Below are positions 50,301 through 59,361 of a stretch of DNA of 61,607 bases, piece after piece (the first letter of the stretch is position 1; each line of letters starts with the position of its first letter). Source of the stretch: Verrucomicrobiota bacterium. Lineage in GTDB: Bacteria > Verrucomicrobiota > Verrucomicrobiia > Limisphaerales > UBA1096. The stretch covers positions 1-61,607 of the forward strand of contig JABGZB010000090.1 in NCBI GenBank assembly GCA_018674955.1. The letters run 5' to 3'. The translations under genes were made by a program, and so were the position numbers. The notes beneath the pieces were generated by a model, which was given only the letters and a program-made list of their open reading frames with translations, was not told the origin of the DNA and made no database searches.

Positions 50301-53300
50301 GTGCATCCACGAGTAACCGGTCGCCGACGAGGCGGACAACGTCACTTTGTTCCCGGCGAGGAACACCGATTTCTCCGGGTCAACCCCGATGCCACCGCGG
50401 CCCTCGAGGGCCAGCTTGAGTTTGTAATAAATGTCGAGCCGGGCCGACTCGCTGATCGTTTTGCCAAAACCGTTGCTCACCAGCACCGAGTAATGCCCGG
50501 CGTTGGCGATGCTCACGACCGGTAACTGGATCGCCGACGCGGTCGCCCCGGCAATCGGCTTGCCGTCGAATAGCCACTGATAAGCCAGCGGCTCGCCGAC
50601 GGCCTTGACAATGAAACCAGCCTGGCCACCGGATAACACCTGCGCGTCCGACGGTTGCGAAGTGACCTGCGGCAACGTCGGGTCGTGGCTCCATTGCATC
50701 GCGCTAGGCGCGGTGACGATGAACGCCTGGCCAAGCGCCACCACCGGCTCGGCCGGCGTCCATGCGCCGTTCGAGACTGTATATGCGTCGTACTTGCCGG
50801 TGCCGTTTTTGAGCAGTTTCACGACAAGCCCCTCCGCAAGCGGCAGTCCAAGCCGGCTGCTCAGCAGTCCGCCCTTGGCCAAAGCTGGTGACACAACCGA
50901 GTCGCCCGCCGGGATGAAGAGCGATGTTTTTTGCCACGGCGTGAAGCCGGTTAGCAACACGCTGAAAGCGTCGCCCTTATTGTCGAGAACCGCGCCCTCG
51001 CCCGGGGCGAGCGTCATGCCGGGATGGCTCCACGCGCTGTTGAATGTGTTGGTCTCCCACTTGCCGGTGGCCGGGTTGAACTTGGCCAGCGTGCTGCCGC
51101 TCGGGACGCTTGGCAGGATATCGGAAACACGGTTGCCACCGTTGGCCAATGGGTTGGAAATCAATGACTTGCCAGATGGCAATGTCAGCGTCACGTAGCC
51201 AATCGCGCGTGCGGCATAGCCGGTGTCCTCCTCCCACGTCCGGATAAACAAATGATTGATGCCCTGCGGCCGGTCAAACGGAACACGCATTTCGCCGGAG
51301 GCACTGCTGTCGCTGGTGAATTCTTTCCAGTTCAGCAAATCCAGCGAGTAGTCGGAGGTCAACTTTTTGCCGGGCCGGGCAACCTGCACCCACTCTAGTT
51401 GACCCGCAGTGTTGATCTCCACGCTGCGATATTCCGGCGGCACAACGTCGCGTGTGAACGAACCGGTGATGACCTTGTTGGCGTCCATCGTCACCGCTAA
51501 CGGATTGGCCGCGCCACTGGCCGCGCCACTCCATCCGGTGAAAACGTAGCCTTTTTTCGGAGTCGCATTGAGCACCACGCGCGCCTTGTTCGGGTATGTC
51601 TCCAACTCCGGTGTGTGGGTGACCGTGCCGCGCCCTGCACCAGCGACGCCCAGCGTGTAGTGCACCGCGAGACTGGCGGTGTCGCTGAGGATGTTGCCGA
51701 ACGGATTCCTGATGTACACCGAGTAGTCACCGGCGTTGGCCTGTTGCACATCGGCCAGCTCAAGCGTCGCCGCGTTGGCGCCGTTGATGTTCAAGCCGTT
51801 GAACCGCCACTGGTACTCGAGCGGCGTGCCGGTGGCCTCGACGCTGAAGGCGACCGGCTGCCCGGCAATACGCATGGCGCCGATCGGCTGGATGGCAATC
51901 TTCGGCGTGCCCTGCGAGTTGAGGTTGATGTCGCGATCCCAACTCGTCGCCGCGTTGGCCGTCACGCGAAAGCCCTGTGCGGCGGCCAGGCTGAGTTCGC
52001 TTGGGCTCCATGCGCCGTCGGAGAAAGTTGACGTCACCCAGTCGCCGGTAGCGTTGTCAAGCAGCGCGACTTGCAGCCCCTTCACCGCAGGGAAACCGAA
52101 GTCCGTGGCCAAGCCGCCGGCAATCGGAAGCGTGGCGGCGTGGTACGACTCACCGCTTGGCAACGACGACGAGAGACTGCCCTGCAAGACTGAGCCGGTG
52201 AATTGCAGAGTCAGCGCAGCGCCGGTTTGGTTGTCGAACATCACCGCTTGGCCCGGCGCAACAACGAGGCCGACGTCGCTCCATGCGTCACCAAACGTGC
52301 TCGCCTTCCACGAGCCGGAACCGCTGTTCCAAGTCGAGACGCTCAGCTTGGGCGGCCCGTCAGGCAACAGAGTGGCCAGCGTGTTGTCCCCCTTGACCAA
52401 GGGATTGGACAACAATGACTTGCCAGTGGGAACATCAAGCAACTGGAAGCCGACGATGTTGTCCGAATAGCCCTTGCCGGTCACAAGCACGCGGAAGTAC
52501 ATGCCCTTCGCGCCGACTGGCGGGATCACTGGAATGTACAGTTCGCCGGGGTTGGTGTCGGTGCGGTAATCGACCCAATTCTCGAGATCAAAACTGTACT
52601 GAATGTTGTTCTCCACACCCGGCTCAGCGACGACGGTAAATTGAAAATTTCCGTCCGACCGGAAATCCGGATCGGTTAGCGTCGGCATGATGTAGTCGCG
52701 CGAAAAATCAGCGGTCACCGTAAGGTGCTTGTCAACGGCGACGGTGGTTTGCGCGGAGTCGCCGCTGGCATCGCCGCCCCAACTTGCGAACGAGTAACCT
52801 TCCTCCGGCACGCCGGTGAAGGTGACTTGCGTGCCCGGCGCGTAATGATCCTGCAACGGGTTGAGCACGATGCGTCCCGCGCCGGTGGTGGCGCGGTTGA
52901 TGACGTAATGCACCGCCACACTCGACGGCAAACTGGTGGCCGCGCCGAAGCGGTTGGTGAGCTTGACGGTGTACTGTCCGGCGTTGGCTTCGGCGGCTTC
53001 CTCGAACGCCAGCGCGTTGCGTGTTGCGCCGTCAATCGCCGCGCCGTCGAAGTACCATTGGTACTCGAGCGGGTCGCCCTTGCCGCGTACGGACAGCGCG
53101 AGCCATGAGCCGCTCGTGACGACTTGATCCTCCGGCTGCGTTGTGACCTCGGGTAAAATAATCTCGTTGTACGCGACCGACTGTTGCCACTCGAACGCCG
53201 CGCCGGAGATGACACGGAACGCTTGGCCAAGCGCAATCACCGGCTCACTCGGTTGCCACGCGTCGGCCGTGAAAGTGTAGGTGTCGTACGAGCCGGAGTC

Positions 53301-56300
53301 GTTGTCGAATAATTGCACCTGCAGCCCCTCGGCTGTTGGCAGGCCAAGCGCAGTGGTGACGCCACCGTCGACCGGCGTCATCGCGCTGCGGAATGCCGCC
53401 GCCGCTGGGATGGCCGAGGCGAGGTCGCCCTGCAATGCCACGCCAAAGTATTCCACCGCAATCTGCCCCTCGCCGGTGATGTCGAGCACCGCGCCTTCGC
53501 CGGGATCGAGTGTCATCGCCGGGTTGCCCCACGCGCCGCCCTCGAACACGTTCACCACCAACTCGCCACCGTCCTCGTCAAGCTGGGCCAAGCTGCTGCC
53601 CTCCGGCAGGGAGGCGAACAGGTTTGCCACCGTGTTGCCGTCCTCGCGGTCGAGCGGGTTGGCAATAAGCGACTTGCCTTTGGGATACGTCACCCGCACG
53701 AAGCCGATGGCGTTTTTCGAGTATTTCTCGGTCTTGAGCAGCGCGCGGACGAACAGCGTGTTCACCCCGTCAGGCCGGTTGATCGATTTGCTGCTTTGGC
53801 CAGAGGCGTTGAACATTTCGTCTGCTTGATCGCCTTTTTTCAGCAGCTTCCAATTCCGCAAGTCGCCCGAATACTCGAACGCATTCGTCGTCCAACGATG
53901 CCCTCTCACCTGAAAGCCAAGCTGCGCCTCGGTGAGGTTGAGGTTGAAAAATTCCGGCTCGTCGAAGATGAGCCACTCGAGCGCCGTCAGTTCGGAGGTG
54001 GTCTCGCCGATGGCGGTGCGGACATTGACTGAGTAGGTGCCCTCGGTGTCCGGCGTCATCACGCCCAGTTCAACCGTTGCGGCGGTGGCACCGTCGATCG
54101 CCTCGCCGTTGAAACTCCACTGATACCCGAACGGCCCCGTGCCCTTCGGTTCGACCCGCAGCACGACGTTGGTGTGAATGCCGATAACTGTATCGACCGG
54201 CGTCGGCGCGGCGGTCATGGTGACGTTCGCACCGCTTATGAGCTTGGCTTTTTCCGGCGCGCCGATGGTCGGCAGGATGGCGTCGAGAACAGCGGTCTTG
54301 CTGCGTGTAAAACCAACGCCATTGCGGATCACCACCTCGTAGCGGCCCATGTGTTCCGGCTGGTAATTATCGATCGTGTACGTCGCCGCCGTGGCCCCGG
54401 CGATGTCCTTTTTCTCAAACCGCCACTGGTAAGTTAGCGGCGCAGCCCCACTGAGCTGCACCTCCAGCGAGACCGTCGAGCCGAACTGCATGACGGTCTG
54501 GCTGGCCGGCTGCTGTGTGACCACCGGCGGGTCGTCCGGCTGGAACGCCATGAATCCCCACCACGTGCCCCACCGATCGCGCTTCTCATCCGGGATGTTT
54601 GCCTGCTCGATGTTGCGCGTCTCGGCGTACATCTGGATGGTCCACATGTCGGTGTCGTTGTTGGGATCGACCTGCGCCGCGCTGTAATCGCCCCAACTGT
54701 TTCGGCCGTCGGCGCGCAGCTTCACATACGGGGCGACGCCGGCCTTAAACAGCGCCGGTTTGCTCATTTTGCCAAGCGGATCGGACGCTTTGCGGTAGGA
54801 AAAATAAGCACTGGCGTAAGTGCCCTTGGTGAACCCGGAGTAGCCGATCAGCACGTCGTCGTTTTTGTTCACCGCCACGCTGGGGAAGGTGTAGTGCTTG
54901 ACGGCGTTCGTGTCCTGAATGTAGCCGCGTTGGAGGATCGCCGCGTTGGTCTCGAGGTTCCACCACTGGATCGCCGTGCGGTTCACATTGGTTATGCCCT
55001 CCGGCAAAAAAACATGGTGCGCGGCCCACAGTTCACCGTTGCGCTTGGCCAGGGCGTGCATGCGCGAGTCGTTGGCGAAGATGCTCTTGGTGGCCGCTTT
55101 TTGCGGCGAGATGTTCGTCTTGCCGATGGAAAACTCCCACGCCTCGATGCCGTCCAGAGACGTGCGAGCGTAGTTGGGGGTGTAGTGCTCCTGGCCCACC
55201 CTGCCGGACAGGGCGCTGATCCGCAGGGCGGACGTGCCCTGCTCAGTGATGAACAGCAGGTTGGTGTCATTGGCATCGTACGTCGTCGCTGGCACGACGG
55301 TAAAAAAACCGGGATCGTCAAACTGCGTGTAAAAGGCACGGCGGCCCCGGATGTAGTCCGGTTTGTGGAAGGCATAAATTCGCGAACCAACAAATTCCTT
55401 GGTACCTTCAACTTGGTTAGTGCCCTTGTAGAGGTTCACAGAGGCCGCCAGCCATTTCTTGTTGTAGCCAACGCTGGGATAATCGGCATACAGGTAGTTG
55501 TCCGCCTCCGCCTCTGGGTGGACGCGGATCGAGGCCATGTCCCAGTCGCCGCTCGGGTCACTCGTCTGCGACAGGGCAATCAACACCGCCGACTTTGTGG
55601 TGTTCACATCGGCGATGGTGAATACAACCCAGCGCTTGGCCAAGTGGTCATAAACGACCTTCGGGTCGAACACAAAACCGTGGCTGAAGCCGGCCCAAAA
55701 ATCGCCCAACCCCACCTTGCTCAGCAGCTCACCCTCACGCGTCTGGATGGCGATCTCGGTATTGAGAGCCACCACCAGATGCTCGGGGCCGACCGCGCCG
55801 TGCGTATCGGCCGGGATGGCCGTATGGTTGTCGATCACCCCAAGAAAATCATCGCGCACGCCCGGCTCGAAATCGCCTCCCAACAGCCTCGGGCCGTTCG
55901 GCCTTAGCTTGGCCGCCTCGCCAGGCGCACCCATTTTTTGAATGCTCAACAACCGGTGCCGCCGAACCGTCTCGTCCAGCTCTGGGTTGGCAGCAGCCAC
56001 CCGACCGGCCAAGTCGGTGAAGTTCATCATCAGGGTCCGAATCTCAGGGTAGTCGTCACCGAGCACACTTGGCTTTGTGTCGAACCGCTCCGGCGCGGCG
56101 GCGGCCATTCCCGGCGGCAACGGCGGCAGCGGAGCGACCCCGACCAAGTCATCGCTTGGCAGGGCGTCCGTGCTGTCCGCCCCGGCGAGCCACCTCACGT
56201 AGCCCGGCAGCAACTCGCCCAGGCCAGAATCTAGTTCGTGCCTGGCCAAGCCGATGGCCAGCGGCGTCATCCTGTCGCCGTCGTTGGTGAACACGTCGAC

Positions 56301-56534
56301 CGCCCCGCCGTCCGCTTGGCCAAGCGGCGTTTGCGACTCAATCAGCATGTCGAGGTCACCGTCACCGTCGAGATCCGAAAGCGTGATGGACGGCGTCTCG
56401 CTCGGCGCAGGTGCCTTGGCCGGCCCGCTCGCCCAAGTGACGGCAAAAGCCATCCCGGCGGTGATGCAGACGGGGACAAAAAGAAACTTCCAGCGACGGG
56501 CCAAAAGCTGAATCTGGCGAACTTGGGGAATCAT
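44310..56534 (-). CDS. Giant modular surface/adhesin-like protein (4074 aa)
   Basis: This is a single uninterrupted ORF. The N-terminus has a TM/signal segment, a DLDGDGDLD FG-GAP/VCBS-like motif and a ~600-aa propeller-like region. Six Ig I-set-like domains carry the (Y/I)QW motif. InlB B-repeat-like domains are present (GxGxVxxxP...GYxFxxWxGDASG). There are bacterial Ig-like domains (PPTVxxTSP...DxDGxV) and three LamG/ConA-like domains (LRLWLD...FDGxDD...VYNRAL). A C-terminal beta-sandwich repeats a domain seen four more times. Confidence 0.85.
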   Translation of the reverse strand: MIPQVRQIQLLARRWKFLFVPVCITAGMAFAVTWASGPAKAPAPSETPSITLSDLDGDGDLDMLIESQTPLGQADGGAVDVFTNDGDRMTPLAIGLARHELDSGLGELLPGYVRWLAGADSTDALPSDDLVGVAPLPPLPPGMAAAAPERFDTKPSVLGDDYPEIRTLMMNFTDLAGRVAAANPELDETVRRHRLLSIQKMGAPGEAAKLRPNGPRLLGGDFEPGVRDDFLGVIDNHTAIPADTHGAVGPEHLVVALNTEIAIQTREGELLSKVGLGDFWAGFSHGFVFDPKVVYDHLAKRWVVFTIADVNTTKSAVLIALSQTSDPSGDWDMASIRVHPEAEADNYLYADYPSVGYNKKWLAASVNLYKGTNQVEGTKEFVGSRIYAFHKPDYIRGRRAFYTQFDDPGFFTVVPATTYDANDTNLLFITEQGTSALRISALSGRVGQEHYTPNYARTSLDGIEAWEFSIGKTNISPQKAATKSIFANDSRMHALAKRNGELWAAHHVFLPEGITNVNRTAIQWWNLETNAAILQRGYIQDTNAVKHYTFPSVAVNKNDDVLIGYSGFTKGTYASAYFSYRKASDPLGKMSKPALFKAGVAPYVKLRADGRNSWGDYSAAQVDPNNDTDMWTIQMYAETRNIEQANIPDEKRDRWGTWWGFMAFQPDDPPVVTQQPASQTVMQFGSTVSLEVQLSGAAPLTYQWRFEKKDIAGATAATYTIDNYQPEHMGRYEVVIRNGVGFTRSKTAVLDAILPTIGAPEKAKLISGANVTMTAAPTPVDTVIGIHTNVVLRVEPKGTGPFGYQWSFNGEAIDGATAATVELGVMTPDTEGTYSVNVRTAIGETTSELTALEWLIFDEPEFFNLNLTEAQLGFQVRGHRWTTNAFEYSGDLRNWKLLKKGDQADEMFNASGQSSKSINRPDGVNTLFVRALLKTEKYSKNAIGFVRVTYPKGKSLIANPLDREDGNTVANLFASLPEGSSLAQLDEDGGELVVNVFEGGAWGNPAMTLDPGEGAVLDITGEGQIAVEYFGVALQGDLASAIPAAAAFRSAMTPVDGGVTTALGLPTAEGLQVQLFDNDSGSYDTYTFTADAWQPSEPVIALGQAFRVISGAAFEWQQSVAYNEIILPEVTTQPEDQVVTSGSWLALSVRGKGDPLEYQWYFDGAAIDGATRNALAFEEAAEANAGQYTVKLTNRFGAATSLPSSVAVHYVINRATTGAGRIVLNPLQDHYAPGTQVTFTGVPEEGYSFASWGGDASGDSAQTTVAVDKHLTVTADFSRDYIMPTLTDPDFRSDGNFQFTVVAEPGVENNIQYSFDLENWVDYRTDTNPGELYIPVIPPVGAKGMYFRVLVTGKGYSDNIVGFQLLDVPTGKSLLSNPLVKGDNTLATLLPDGPPKLSVSTWNSGSGSWKASTFGDAWSDVGLVVAPGQAVMFDNQTGAALTLQFTGSVLQGSLSSSLPSGESYHAATLPIAGGLATDFGFPAVKGLQVALLDNATGDWVTSTFSDGAWSPSELSLAAAQGFRVTANAATSWDRDINLNSQGTPKIAIQPIGAMRIAGQPVAFSVEATGTPLEYQWRFNGLNINGANAATLELADVQQANAGDYSVYIRNPFGNILSDTASLAVHYTLGVAGAGRGTVTHTPELETYPNKARVVLNATPKKGYVFTGWSGAASGAANPLAVTMDANKVITGSFTRDVVPPEYRSVEINTAGQLEWVQVARPGKKLTSDYSLDLLNWKEFTSDSSASGEMRVPFDRPQGINHLFIRTWEEDTGYAARAIGYVTLTLPSGKSLISNPLANGGNRVSDILPSVPSGSTLAKFNPATGKWETNTFNSAWSHPGMTLAPGEGAVLDNKGDAFSVLLTGFTPWQKTSLFIPAGDSVVSPALAKGGLLSSRLGLPLAEGLVVKLLKNGTGKYDAYTVSNGAWTPAEPVVALGQAFIVTAPSAMQWSHDPTLPQVTSQPSDAQVLSGGQAGFIVKAVGEPLAYQWLFDGKPIAGATASAIQLPVVSIANAGHYSVLVSNGFGKTISESARLDIYYKLKLALEGRGGIGVDPEKSVFLAGNKVTLSASSATGYSWMHWSGDAAGSDETISVTMDAHKTITANFSRDYILPDLSGAGFDVKGRFTFLLSSEPGANCEIQGSTDGIRWYKLVDYQNKNGLVRIPMAYNAGVEKQFVRVLVADELAPGRLAGHSLNGVGYVNLDIPPGQSLYHVPLALSGNKTVATLFQGAAKGSKVAVLNAETGEWAEGELSDTWSNGAVELGQGSIFKFTNPDTKAFRAVFVGSYLGQGAEVTLASGSGYFGYPSPLSGAAGYDLQFPASAPAGTKLGLLQANGETAWHTYDGANWSPSEPSLATMQAGEIDLAADLSWATHGMPDFNSKPKLRAITGAGTYLAGTETLLIGLDAVGTPMTIQWTKNSEPIVGATQQQLQLVNLAPSHAGRYAVTLRNAFGIENSNPVEINVHYSLTTTVAEGEGTIEINPSLATYPPGTTVTLTARPGEGLGYDEWEGDASGSAESVTLVMDDHKSVSIRYIADNQPPTVAITSPKNGRFFSAPSDVVITAAAADADGSIASISYERKLLEAADWVALGQAADVAAPFTWEGASEGVYEIRATVTDNRGAKGVSAPIQITLTTGNLPPVVVSTSPAAGDFVPVPGKFTFTVAAYDPDGEIKSIRINEGYTFTKANGPTYWTENDEGQTVLTDIRWMGGAYANSTPTVFTVDVEDNQGKITTEKVSFTVNHAPTIELTSPTNGAEFVSPATIAFAATASDNAADGAMRKVEFFANGEMIANLASAPFEAAWEGVSAGDYEIIAAVTDRHGQKVETAPVSITVSQGADITLTAPAEDIAFAPGGTTRLAASVTPGDAAITKVDFFKNDQLIGTDTEAPYELDWAEPEPGLYRISATATDAKGGSATSGAIGAAVFDSATLPALGLRLWLDGNSVTQDGGKVSAWADRTPFGHDVSQVEAGKQPALAGEGVNGQAAVEFDGADDVLGATVNGTGLLSSDAASIFIVMKQAKASANNAVFGWESDSHSNHLDLLFTYNDQLLFDHGNVSAGGRISAPQPERWDDLWNLVEVHRAGTNGRVAVAGETVFSGTFAGELDVEVDGALTLGGVGGLHYGGAIAEMLVYNRALSDAEIAQVRSVMAAKFDLPVSANQPPTVSLTKPEGGVSLKAGKTLQLAARASDADGSVVKVRFLAGEQVIGEDTEAPYKLEWTPAEAGEVQLSAVAIDDRDGQGISAVVSVTVLPPNVAPEVVITSPNAGQGVSVGVTLKVSASATDSDGTVVSVEISADGESLVKRSEAPYEADWHLAKAGLQTMTVRATDNDGATSEASVSVAVYGETPVPVDGLRLWLDAGEELTVSDAGVVSAWGDRSLFGHDVSQAELGLQPALAIDTLNGKAAVLFDGADDNLSRADVAGTSLLSSDAVSVYAVVRQSKKSAANTVLAWEAPNYKNHLALLTSYNDQFLVDHGSATEGGRVSAAQPEGWDDAWHVLEFVRGGNTATVNVDSDTLELGEFGSALNADVSGTLSVGASPGLAFGGEIAEVLVYNRALTKPEQDGVKGYLGARYGLFVTANQAPTVTLSAPASGTVIKQGKSLALRADAADADGSVVKVLFFSGATTLGVDETAPYEMEWAVATEGEHLLTAVAVDNRGAETISEVVSVTVLPPNTVPEVVINSPNAGLGVSVGATLKVSASATDSDGTVVSVEILANGESLAKRSEAPFEVDWTLAKEGLQTVTVRATDNDGATSEATVTVAVYGDSPVPVDGLRLWLDGSSVTQEGGKVSAWADRSLFGHDVSQADEDLQPTLAADSLNGLAAVLFDGENDVLARAAVAGEALLSPDAVSVYAVVRQKWQSKMNTVLAWEAPNYKNHLALLTSYNNQFLIDYGNVSEGGRVSAAQPEGWDDAWHVLEFMREGNTATVNVDSDALELGEFGAALKMDVSGTLLVGEAATLAFGGEIAEVLIYNRALGVGERESVSQYLGVKYGFIEDVTPVDPNAPTLSAVQLAVDDKFRFLVTGDKGGKVVLQFSENLDKWTDMQTYTNESGQLWININRGADAGRLFFRVRAE
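44560..47760 (-). repeat. In-frame tandem repeat, period 1263 bp (LamG + 2 Ig-like domains), about 2.5 units
   Basis: The stretch ccgcttggccaagctctcgccgttggccaagatttccacc at 45366 recurs at 46629 with 3 substitutions. Long near-identical runs include ccaccgacaccacggtgccgtcgctgtcggttgcgct. A third, more diverged unit lies near 47.1-47.7 kb. Boundaries are approximate. Confidence 0.75.
48950..53400 (-). repeat. Tandem array of ~1.25-kb modules (Ig I-set + InlB-B-like + beta-sandwich + ~200-aa domain), diverged
   Basis: The (Y/I)QW Ig motifs recur at about 53.06, 51.81, 50.58 and 49.30 kb. Protein-level repeats include GKSLISNPL, YxFxxWxGDA and FxRV. Boundaries are approximate. Confidence 0.65.
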
Positions 56535-56655
56535 GGTTGGGTTGCGTTAAAGTTTATCGGATTTCAACGGACGGTAACAGGCACCGATTATGGCCCCCCG
56601 GCCTCGGCCGAGTCAATGCCTTGCGCCCCCCATAAACCGCCCTATACTGCCGCCC

Positions 56656-57960
56656 GTGCTGGATATCAGAGAGATTCGAGATAACCCCGACCACGTCCGC
56701 GAACGCCTCGCCACCCGAGGGAAGGAGTTCGCCACCAAGGTCGATGACCTCGTGCGGCTCGACGCCGAGCGCCGCGAGGCGATCACCGCCGTCGAGGAAC
56801 TCAAGGCCAAGCGCAACGCCGCCTCCAAAGAAATCGGCGCGCTTATGGGCAAGAAAAAGACCGACGAAGCCGAAGCCAAAAAAGCCGAGGTGCGCGACAT
56901 CGGTGACCGGATTTCCGCGTTAGACAGCCAAGCCGCCCAAGTCGACGGCGAGTTGCGCGACATCCTGCTGCGACTGCCCAACCTCCCGCACGCCGATGTG
57001 CCGGTCGGTGCCAGCGAGGATGACAATGTGGAAACCCGCCATTGGGGCGAGAAGCCAAGTTTCGATTTCGAGACCAAGCCGCACACCGAGCTTTGCGAGA
57101 GCCTCGGGTTGGTGGATTTCGCGCGCGGGGCCAAGCTCGCTGGCAGCGGCTTCCTGCTTTACAGCGGCTGGGGTGCGCGGCTCGAGCGCGCACTCATCCA
57201 ATACCTGCTCGATATGCACGTGCACGAACACGGCTACACCGAAATGTCGCCGCCGTTCATGGTCAGCTACGACTGCATGATCGGCGTCGGCCAGTTTCCC
57301 AAGTTCGAGGATCAGGCTTACATGGTGCAGGAGGGGCTCGACGAGGAGAGCCGGGGCAAACTTTACCTCGTCCCCACCGCCGAGGCGCCGGTCGCCAACA
57401 TCCACCGCGAGGAGTTGCTCAAGGCCGGCGAGCTGCCGAAAAACTACTGCGCATACAGCCCTTGTTTTCGCGCCGAGGCCGGTGCGGCCGGGGTCGGAAC
57501 GCGCGGCATGATTCGAGTGCACCAGTTCGACAAGGTCGAGCTGATCAAAATCGTCGAGCCGGAGACCAGTTACGACGAACTCGACAAGTTGCTCGGCCAC
57601 GCCGAGAAGGTGCTGCAGTCGCTCAATCTCCATTACCGCATCCTGCAACTTTGCACCGCCGACATGAGCTTCGGCAGCGCGACCACCTACGACATCGAGG
57701 TCTGGGCGCCGGGCCAGGGCAACTACCTCGAGGTGTCCAGCTGCTCCAACTGCGAGGACTACCAATCGCGCCGGATGAACCTCCGCTACAAGGATGCCGA
57801 CGGCAAAAACCGCCATCCGCACATCCTTAACGGCAGCGGCACGGCGCTCGCGCGGCTGTTCGTCGCGCTCATCGAGACCTATCAGCAGCCGGACGGCAGC
57901 ATCCTGATCCCTGAGCCGCTGCAAAACTATCTTCGAACTGACCGCATCCCCGCCAATTAA
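56656..57960 (+). CDS. serS: Seryl-tRNA synthetase
   Basis: (V/M)LDIREIRDNPDHVRERL begins the coiled-coil N-terminus. Class II motifs include FRAEAGAAG and GSGTALARL. The start is GTG at 56656. Confidence 0.92.
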   Translation: MLDIREIRDNPDHVRERLATRGKEFATKVDDLVRLDAERREAITAVEELKAKRNAASKEIGALMGKKKTDEAEAKKAEVRDIGDRISALDSQAAQVDGELRDILLRLPNLPHADVPVGASEDDNVETRHWGEKPSFDFETKPHTELCESLGLVDFARGAKLAGSGFLLYSGWGARLERALIQYLLDMHVHEHGYTEMSPPFMVSYDCMIGVGQFPKFEDQAYMVQEGLDEESRGKLYLVPTAEAPVANIHREELLKAGELPKNYCAYSPCFRAEAGAAGVGTRGMIRVHQFDKVELIKIVEPETSYDELDKLLGHAEKVLQSLNLHYRILQLCTADMSFGSATTYDIEVWAPGQGNYLEVSSCSNCEDYQSRRMNLRYKDADGKNRHPHILNGSGTALARLFVALIETYQQPDGSILIPEPLQNYLRTDRIPAN

Positions 57961-57975
57961 CCCGGCGACTCAGTC

Positions 57976-59361
57976 ATGAAGATCCTCCACGCCAGCAGCG
58001 AGGTGTTCCCGTATTCCAAGACGGGCGGGCTGGCGGACGCCACGGCGGCCTTAGCCAAGGCGCAGGCGGTGGCCGGGCACGCCGTCACCCTCGTCACGCC
58101 GTTGTATCGCGGCATCCGCGAAAAGTTCGATGGCCTCAAGCCGCTTGGCCGGGCGCGGATGCCGACCAAGGTTTGGCGGCTCGAGCCGTCGCCAAACCTG
58201 ACCGTGCTGTTTATCGACGAACCGGAGTGGTTCGATCGCGACGGCCTTTACGGTCACGCCGATGACGCCGAGCGGTTCATCTTTTTTTCAAAGTGCGTCG
58301 CCCATTTGGCCTGGCGCGCGGAGATCGTCAACGCGCACGACTGGCAAGGCGGCCTCGTCATGCCGCTGCTAGGGGACGCGCCGGTCGGCAAGGTTTTCAC
58401 CATTCACAACGCCGCTTATCAGGGCTGCTTTCCCGCCGATAAGTTTGAGCTGACCGGATTGCCGAAATCTTTTTTCGATTGGCGGCAACTTGAGTTTCAC
58501 GGCGGCGTCAGTTTCCTCAAGGGCGGTATCGTGTTCGCCGATCTTGTCACCACCGTGAGCCCGCGCTACGCCCGCGAATTGTTGACAGAGGAATACGGCT
58601 GCGGCCTCGAGGGGGTGTTCCAAGCACGGGGCGACGCGCTGACCGGCGTGCTTAACGGCGTCGATTACACCGAGTGGAACACGACCGACAATCCGCACCT
58701 CGCAGCCGCCTATTCCGCCGATTCGCCGGATGGCAAATCTCTCAACAAGCGAGCGCTGCAACGTGAGCTTGGCCTGCCGCTACTCGACGGAGTGCCGCTA
58801 CTCGGCAACATCAGCCGTTTCACCGATCAGAAGGGGATCGATATTTTACTCGGAGCGCTGGAGGCATTGATTGGCAGCGGGGCGGCGTTTCAGTTTGCCG
58901 GGCTGGGCAGCGGCGATCCGTTGCTCGAGAAGGCGATGAGCGGCTTGGCCAAGCGGCACCCGGAACAGGTCGCCGTGAAGGTCGGCTACGACACCGGCTT
59001 GGCGCACCGCATTGAGGCCGGCAGCGATTTTTTTGTGATGCCGTCCCGCTTCGAGCCGTGCGGCCTGAACCAGCTTTACAGCCTGCGTTACGGCTCGGTG
59101 CCGGTCGTGCGCGCCACCGGCGGGCTGGACGACTCGGTGATTGATCTTGGCCAAGGGGAGGCGTCGGCGACCGGTATCAAGTTTGCGGACTGCTCAGCGG
59201 AGGCGCTTGGTCGCGCGCTTGGCCGCGCGCTGTCGATTTACGCCAGGCCCAAGAGCCTGACCAAGGTGCGCGACAACGGCATGCGGGCCGACTTTTCGTG
59301 GGGACAAACAACAGCTGAGTACGAGAGGTTGTACGCCAAAATAAAAAAGCCGGCTGCGTAA
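57976..59361 (+). CDS. glgA: Glycogen synthase (ADP-glucose type)
   Basis: The N-terminus is MKILHASSEVFPYSKTGGLADA, and MPSRFEPCGLNQLY is present. Confidence 0.9.
   Translation: MKILHASSEVFPYSKTGGLADATAALAKAQAVAGHAVTLVTPLYRGIREKFDGLKPLGRARMPTKVWRLEPSPNLTVLFIDEPEWFDRDGLYGHADDAERFIFFSKCVAHLAWRAEIVNAHDWQGGLVMPLLGDAPVGKVFTIHNAAYQGCFPADKFELTGLPKSFFDWRQLEFHGGVSFLKGGIVFADLVTTVSPRYARELLTEEYGCGLEGVFQARGDALTGVLNGVDYTEWNTTDNPHLAAAYSADSPDGKSLNKRALQRELGLPLLDGVPLLGNISRFTDQKGIDILLGALEALIGSGAAFQFAGLGSGDPLLEKAMSGLAKRHPEQVAVKVGYDTGLAHRIEAGSDFFVMPSRFEPCGLNQLYSLRYGSVPVVRATGGLDDSVIDLGQGEASATGIKFADCSAEALGRALGRALSIYARPKSLTKVRDNGMRADFSWGQTTAEYERLYAKIKKPAA

Noticed and set aside
44560-53400. The ~1.25-kb repeats interpreted as insertion sequences or other mobile DNA.
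   Set aside because: They are in frame and continuous with the giant ORF. They encode Ig, LamG and other structural domains and have no terminal inverted repeats or transposase.
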